Shown: piece after piece, positions 59,448 to 64,000 of the stretch
How the letters are laid out: each line of letters begins with the position of its first letter
Numbering within the stretch: the first letter of the stretch is position 1
NCBI GenBank assembly: GCA_949288455.1
Contig: CASEKF010000042.1
Location: 52,977-116,976, forward strand
Length of the DNA stretch: 64,000 bases
DNA from: an uncultured bacterium
Lineage (GTDB): Bacteria > Vulcanimicrobiota > CADAWZ01
Direction of reading: 5' to 3'
The notes under the pieces: generated by a model
What the model saw: the letters and a program-made list of their open reading frames with translations, nothing else
Databases searched by the model: none
What the model was told of the DNA's origin: nothing
Position numbers and translations under genes: made by a program

Positions 59448-60722
59448 TTAGTCTGTAAACGGTATTAAAGAATATATTTGAAAAGCGTTGTAAAATGAAT
59501 TTTCCCGGACATACTCGTCTGTTTTATGGCACATTTTTTCTTCTCCCGGACCTAACCCTATAGTCGGAATATTATATTTTGAGGCTGTGGTTACTCCGTC
59601 CGTCGAAAACGGCCAGGCTTTATATTCTGTTTCCTTATTTAATACTTTTTCGGCCGCTTCGCTCGCTATTTTTACGAAGAAATTATTTTTATCCGTTTTC
59701 CAAGCTTTGTGGCATATTCTCCATTCTTTGACTAATCCGGTATATGACGGCCTAGCGTAAGTTTCAAGATTGACTTCCAAGTCGCTCCAGTCTTTATCTC
59801 GCTGGAGTTTGTTCAACAGAGACGAAAGGTTTTCGTTTTCGGCAAGTCTGGCTATTATATTAGCTTTCGCTTTTACGGGAACAAAACTGGCGTCGTTCGG
59901 CTCTGTCTCAACGCCCGTGACGGTTATTGTATTTCTGGTTAGAATCTCCTCCTTATATTTTTCATATTCGTATCTGTTTAGTCGGTCGATCGCTAGAATA
60001 CAGCCCGCTAACGGATACGTCGCGTTTTTTCCGGTTTCCGGTTCGGCGGTATGCGCTCTAATTCCGTAAGAAGTTAATGAAAATTGCGCTTTTCCCCGCT
60101 GCGCTATAGCTATGGCATTATCCGTAGGCTCTCCTAATAAAACGGCGTCGGGAACTAACTCTAGATCTCCGATAATTTCATCCATTGCGAGACCTTCCGC
60201 TCGTTCTTCTTCCGTAACGAAACATCCTAGAACTGCGCGTCGTAAACGCTGCGAAAAATCCGCCGCAGTTTTTAGACTAAGAGCCATGGCGGCAAGAGAG
60301 CTTTTCATGTCGCATGTTCCTCTGCCGTATATTTTCCCGTCTCTAATTGTCATAGAGAATGGATCCGAGGACCACAGGGAAGATTCGCCTTCATGCGCTA
60401 TATCCATATGAGCGTTATAAGATATCGTTTTTATGCCGTTCTCTTTTAATAGATATATATGTCTTTTAAACGCTTCGTTTGGAGACGCGCTTCTTAAGGC
60501 CCGGCGCAGATCTTCGATTTTTGGCGATATTATGGCCGCTACGCTCCCTCTAGGAGTACGAAAAGCCGGTATTCCGCAGCAGTCGAAGAAGCCTAGTAGA
60601 AGATCCGCCTGCCCTTTTTCGGATCCCGTATAAGATTTTATGGCTATGCATCGTTCAAGTAAAGCCACGGCTTCTTTTTTTGCCGAGTTTGTTTTTTGCA
60701 GTATTTTTTCGTAATTTTTCAT
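59448..60722 (-). CDS. M20-family metallopeptidase (ArgE/DapE/YgeY-like)
   Basis: HMD..H....W..DPF....DG.IYGRG..DMK pattern of M20 peptidases. Confidence 0.7.
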   Translation of the reverse strand: MKNYEKILQKTNSAKKEAVALLERCIAIKSYTGSEKGQADLLLGFFDCCGIPAFRTPRGSVAAIISPKIEDLRRALRSASPNEAFKRHIYLLKENGIKTISYNAHMDIAHEGESSLWSSDPFSMTIRDGKIYGRGTCDMKSSLAAMALSLKTAADFSQRLRRAVLGCFVTEEERAEGLAMDEIIGDLELVPDAVLLGEPTDNAIAIAQRGKAQFSLTSYGIRAHTAEPETGKNATYPLAGCILAIDRLNRYEYEKYKEEILTRNTITVTGVETEPNDASFVPVKAKANIIARLAENENLSSLLNKLQRDKDWSDLEVNLETYARPSYTGLVKEWRICHKAWKTDKNNFFVKIASEAAEKVLNKETEYKAWPFSTDGVTTASKYNIPTIGLGPGEEKMCHKTDEYVRENSFYNAFQIYSLIPFTD

Positions 60723-60845
60723 GTTTTTTCACCTGGAGTTAAATCGTTTTCATGAGCGTTTAATTCTATGCGTTCAAGAGGTTTTTATTTTTTTATATTG
60801 AATTTGTCATTTTGAGCGGCTGTTTTAAGCCGCTTTTCTATCTAA

Positions 60846-61439
60846 TTGTTTAGGGAAGTCCGTATGGCTTTAGAAGTTTTTTGCGAACCTAACGACGAAA
60901 AAGGTTATGTGACTATATGCAAGTATTATTCCGGCACGATTGACGGGCATAGTAATTTTTATTTGGAATCTTCCGTTATGCCGGTTTACTGCGACATATG
61001 CGGCTGTTTTCAAAGCAAGCTTTATAAAAATTTGGGTTCGAGATATGGATTCGTTGGAAGCTTTTTATGCGAGTATTGCGGAAGCTCGGTTGCGGTAAGA
61101 GATAACGACGGTATTTTAGACTCGGTTGTATGCGGTTCGATAGAGCTTAACTTTTCAGCGCTGTACGGTTTTTCTCCTTCCATACTTAATTTATTGGGGA
61201 AAAAGATTCGCTTAAATCTTTTTGCTTTTCTTGAAGATAAGCCCAATTTCCCCTTATATTGTCTTGCGGATGAACTTATAAGTATTTCAGGCATAGGCTA
61301 TAATACGGATTTAGATTTTATTGCCGAGGCCGGTTTTCCCGTATTTCCAGGAGAAGCTCTTAAATGGCTGACAATTTTAGAGGCCGCAGGTATGAAAGGA
61401 TTTTTTTTAGACGGTATCAAATATTTAATGAAGCTATGA
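60846..61439 (+). CDS. Cys-rich hypothetical protein (197 aa)
   Basis: CDICGC and CEYCG pairs. Its stop overlaps the next gene's start (ATGA). Confidence 0.4.
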   Translation: MFREVRMALEVFCEPNDEKGYVTICKYYSGTIDGHSNFYLESSVMPVYCDICGCFQSKLYKNLGSRYGFVGSFLCEYCGSSVAVRDNDGILDSVVCGSIELNFSALYGFSPSILNLLGKKIRLNLFAFLEDKPNFPLYCLADELISISGIGYNTDLDFIAEAGFPVFPGEALKWLTILEAAGMKGFFLDGIKYLMKL

Positions 61440-62233
61440 GTATAAAATATATGAACGTAATTATAAGAGGAGGGGGCGATATCGCTTCAGGAATTGCTCA
61501 CAGATTATTTGTCTGCGGATTTAGGCCCGTGATTACGGAACTTCCCATTCCTAAGACGGTTAGGCGTCTTGTTTCTTTTTCGTCGGCCGTTTTAAACGGA
61601 AAAATTACTGTGGAAGGAGTAACGGCTATAAAAGAATCTTTTCCTTTTCTATCCGGCAGAGACTATATTCCCGTTATTGAAGATTCTTCAGATAATCCTT
61701 TTTGTTTTAACGATCCGGACGTTTTGATAGACGCCAGAATGCTTAAAAATGCCAGAAAAGATCGTTTTCCGGACGCAAAATTGAAGATCGGAATAGGTCC
61801 AGGCTTCGAAGCTGGAATAGACGTTGATATAGTCGTCGAAACGAATAGAGGATTGTCTCTGGGCAAGGTTATAAGATTTGGGAAGGCCGAACGGGATACT
61901 AAAATTCCCGGAGTCGTATGCGGCAAAGGCGCGGAGAGAGTTTTGAGAGCTCCTTGTGAAGGAAAGATAAAAAATTATATAGATATCGGTTCCTTAGCAG
62001 AAAAAGACGCCGTTATAGCAGAAGTCGGAGGAGTCCCCATAGCCGCGCCTTTTAGAGGGCGAGTTAGAGGTTTGATAGTCGAGGGCTCTTTTGTTTTCGC
62101 AGGAGATAAAGTGGGGGATATCGATCCTAGAGAAAATGTAGATTGCTTTGCCATATCGGATAAGGCAAGAGCGGTTGGAGGGGGTGTTTTAGAGGCTATT
62201 TTATCTTATTTTGACTTTATGGTCAAAGCGTAA
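61436..62233 (+). CDS. XdhC/CoxI-like Rossmann protein, possibly YqeB/EF2563-family selenium-dependent molybdenum hydroxylase accessory protein
   Basis: Start set at the ATG overlapping the upstream stop (MSIKYMNVIIRGGGDIASGIAHRL...), with a Rossmann-like GGGDIASG motif. The family assignment is from memory of the motif only. Confidence 0.4.
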   Translation: MSIKYMNVIIRGGGDIASGIAHRLFVCGFRPVITELPIPKTVRRLVSFSSAVLNGKITVEGVTAIKESFPFLSGRDYIPVIEDSSDNPFCFNDPDVLIDARMLKNARKDRFPDAKLKIGIGPGFEAGIDVDIVVETNRGLSLGKVIRFGKAERDTKIPGVVCGKGAERVLRAPCEGKIKNYIDIGSLAEKDAVIAEVGGVPIAAPFRGRVRGLIVEGSFVFAGDKVGDIDPRENVDCFAISDKARAVGGGVLEAILSYFDFMVKA

Positions 62234-62265
62234 TTTGCGTATATTTGAAGAAAGGACATTAAAAA

Positions 62266-63801
62266 GTGCTGAGAAAAACTTTAAATTCTCTAATTGCGGT
62301 AGCTTTGTTTATTTCGCTGCTGTCCGGATATGCCTTTGCTCTTAATAAGAAAGAGATTGTCATACTCCATACGAACGATATTCATGGAAGAGTATTTCCC
62401 TTCTATGACAAAAAATCCCAATCATATATTGGCGGAACGACTAATTTGGCGACTAAAATAGCCGAGATGAGACTTATTTACGGTAAAGATAACGTTTTGC
62501 TTTTAGACGCAGGGGATATGTCTCAGGGAACTCCGGTCTCTAACATTTTTTACGGAGATCCTATCACTGATTATATGAATTATGTGCAGTATGATTGCTC
62601 CACTTTCGGAAACCATGAATTCGATTGGGATAAGGAGCAGCTAGTTCGTCAAGTAGAAAGACGAAAATTCCCTATGGTTTGCGCAAATTTAGTCGATAAA
62701 AATACGGGTAAAACTCCCGATTTTGCAAAACCTTATATTATTGTTGAAAAAGCTGGAATGAAGATAGGAATTATCGGTCTTGCCACTCCGTCTACTCCCA
62801 AGATGTGTTTCCCTAAAAACGTTGAAGATTTCAAATTCTTGGATCCCGTAGAGGCTGTCAATAAATATAAAGCTGAACTGCAGAAGCAAGGCGTAAAGGT
62901 TATAGGCATAGTTTCTCATAACGGTTACGAAGAAGAGAAAGAGATGGCTCAAAAACTTAGCGGAATAGATTTTATAGTAGGCGGCCATAGTCATACGGTA
63001 GTTCCCAATCCTGAGCTTGTCAATGGAATCCCGGTGCTTCAGGCCGGAGATTGGGGCAGATATCTCGGGTTTGCCCAGCTTGAAATTGACGCCGATACAG
63101 GCAAACTTCTTTCTTTTAAAGGAAGACTGATTCCTATAACCAGTTACGACGTAAAGCTTCATGAAGATCTTATGACTTATGAAAATAAGGTCAAAGAGAT
63201 TATGAGCGAAGTTATCGGGGAGATTTCTGCGGACGCGTCCAATCAGAGAACGAGGAAGGATTCCGCGACTACTTCGGTAGGCGACATAATGACCGATATA
63301 ATTAAAGAGATCACCGGATCTGACATAGCTATCTGCAATACTCACGGTTTAAGAGCCAGTTTAACTAAGGGACCTATAACTAGAGAAGCTTTATTCTATG
63401 TGCTTCCTTTTGACAATACTTTAATGACATTCGACGTTAAAGGTTCCGATTTAAAGAAAATTATCGAGTATTATATCGATCGTCCTTCGTATTCTCAGAT
63501 ATCAGGAGTCACGGCCGAATATGATTCTTCCAGACCTTTTGGCGACAGAGTCGTTAATATCAAAGTCAACGGTCAGCCTTTAGTTCCCGATAAAACCTAT
63601 AAAATAGGAACTATAGACTTTTTGTACAGCGTCTCGCAAGATTGTCCTGAAATTCAAAAAGCCGTTAATGTACAGTATGGCAAATTTCTCCGCGACGAGG
63701 TAGACGCTTATATTACAAAGAATAAGAAAGTAATAGTGCCGGAAGAAATTAGAATTAAAGTGCTTAAAGGCGATTCTCCCGGAGAAAGAAAAAGACAGTA
63801 A
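62266..63801 (+). CDS. Secreted 5'-nucleotidase/2',3'-cyclic phosphodiesterase family (UshA-like)
   Basis: Signal peptide. Metallophosphoesterase motifs HTNDIHGR, LDAGD and GNHEFD, and the C-terminal 5'-nucleotidase domain. Confidence 0.75.
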   Translation: MLRKTLNSLIAVALFISLLSGYAFALNKKEIVILHTNDIHGRVFPFYDKKSQSYIGGTTNLATKIAEMRLIYGKDNVLLLDAGDMSQGTPVSNIFYGDPITDYMNYVQYDCSTFGNHEFDWDKEQLVRQVERRKFPMVCANLVDKNTGKTPDFAKPYIIVEKAGMKIGIIGLATPSTPKMCFPKNVEDFKFLDPVEAVNKYKAELQKQGVKVIGIVSHNGYEEEKEMAQKLSGIDFIVGGHSHTVVPNPELVNGIPVLQAGDWGRYLGFAQLEIDADTGKLLSFKGRLIPITSYDVKLHEDLMTYENKVKEIMSEVIGEISADASNQRTRKDSATTSVGDIMTDIIKEITGSDIAICNTHGLRASLTKGPITREALFYVLPFDNTLMTFDVKGSDLKKIIEYYIDRPSYSQISGVTAEYDSSRPFGDRVVNIKVNGQPLVPDKTYKIGTIDFLYSVSQDCPEIQKAVNVQYGKFLRDEVDAYITKNKKVIVPEEIRIKVLKGDSPGERKRQ

Positions 63802-63879
63802 TTCTGTTTGAAAGATTTGTTTCAGCCGTTTTTTCCGGTTTCGCTAAATAGATTCCTGATTCAAGCGGCGTAAATATGG

Positions 63880-63934
63880 CTATGAAGCAATGGCCGCAAG
63901 TCATTAAGATGATCTTGCGGCCATTGCTTCATAG
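63880..63934. repeat. Perfect 21-bp inverted repeat (CTATGAAGCAATGGCCGCAAG-N13-CTTGCGGCCATTGCTTCATAG)
   Basis: Read directly from the sequence. Lies about 80 nt after the 5'-nucleotidase stop. No T-run follows. Confidence 0.5.
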
Positions 63935-64000
63935 CAGACGCTGTTGGTTCTCGGCTCCGTGTAGAGGATTGTCCGGCGTTTTGACGTCTAGGCGAAAAAT

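Noticed and set aside
62689-63345. 218-aa minus-strand ORF
   Set aside because: Antisense to the 5'-nucleotidase gene, which has clear metallophosphoesterase motifs.
1-64000. tRNA / rRNA genes
   Set aside because: Intergenic regions scanned by eye (24054-24216, 34449-34812, 39727-40173, 57160-57340) show no GTTCGAATC-type T-arm or rRNA-like conserved segments. No call can be made without a tRNAscan/Infernal run.

Overview
The window splits into two compositional blocks. Bases 1-10,380 (about 46-50% GC, CTG/GCC-rich codon usage) hold a complete minus-strand kdp K+-uptake locus: full-length kdpD, an unannotated kdpF, then kdpA, kdpB and kdpC. A second, partly degraded kdpD paralog runs off the left edge. 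A 575-bp AT-rich spacer follows. Bases 10,960-64,000 look like core genome of a lower-GC, CpG-rich anaerobe (possibly spirochete-like). This block contains, in order:
- two tandem paralogous Gly/Ala-rich 'glycine-zipper' proteins of unknown function, the most novel-looking element, with a third relative at 55.8 kb;
- a CGGC-domain protein, a triple-GAF protein and a 143-aa unknown on the minus strand, then lepA and a 1874-aa bacterial alpha-2-macroglobulin;
- miaA and a SEDS (RodA/FtsW) protein;
- a DsrE/DsrF/DsrH-like trio directly fused in an operon with YlbF(DUF2877)-FdrA-YlbE(DUF1116), the oxamate-carbamoyltransferase-like set;
- uridine phosphorylase;
- an FHA protein next to a protein carrying a 36-nt tandem repeat array;
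- Rex with a Cys-rich tail, downstream of a trimeric bifurcating [FeFe]-hydrogenase hydCBA whose promoter carries a Rex box;
- an extracytoplasmic Ser/Thr kinase, a DUF3795 protein, M17 aminopeptidase, penicillin-acylase-family protein, an aminotransferase and selA, which is translationally coupled to a small ORF and sits behind secreted proteins;
- an SsnA/MtaD-like amidohydrolase, Nudix hydrolase, nitroreductase, a rubredoxin-glutamate-synthase-domain fusion, an M20 peptidase, a translationally coupled Cys-rich/XdhC-YqeB-like pair, and a 5'-nucleotidase.
Several strong rho-independent terminators and long perfect inverted repeats are present. No rRNA, tRNA or CRISPR was recognised.
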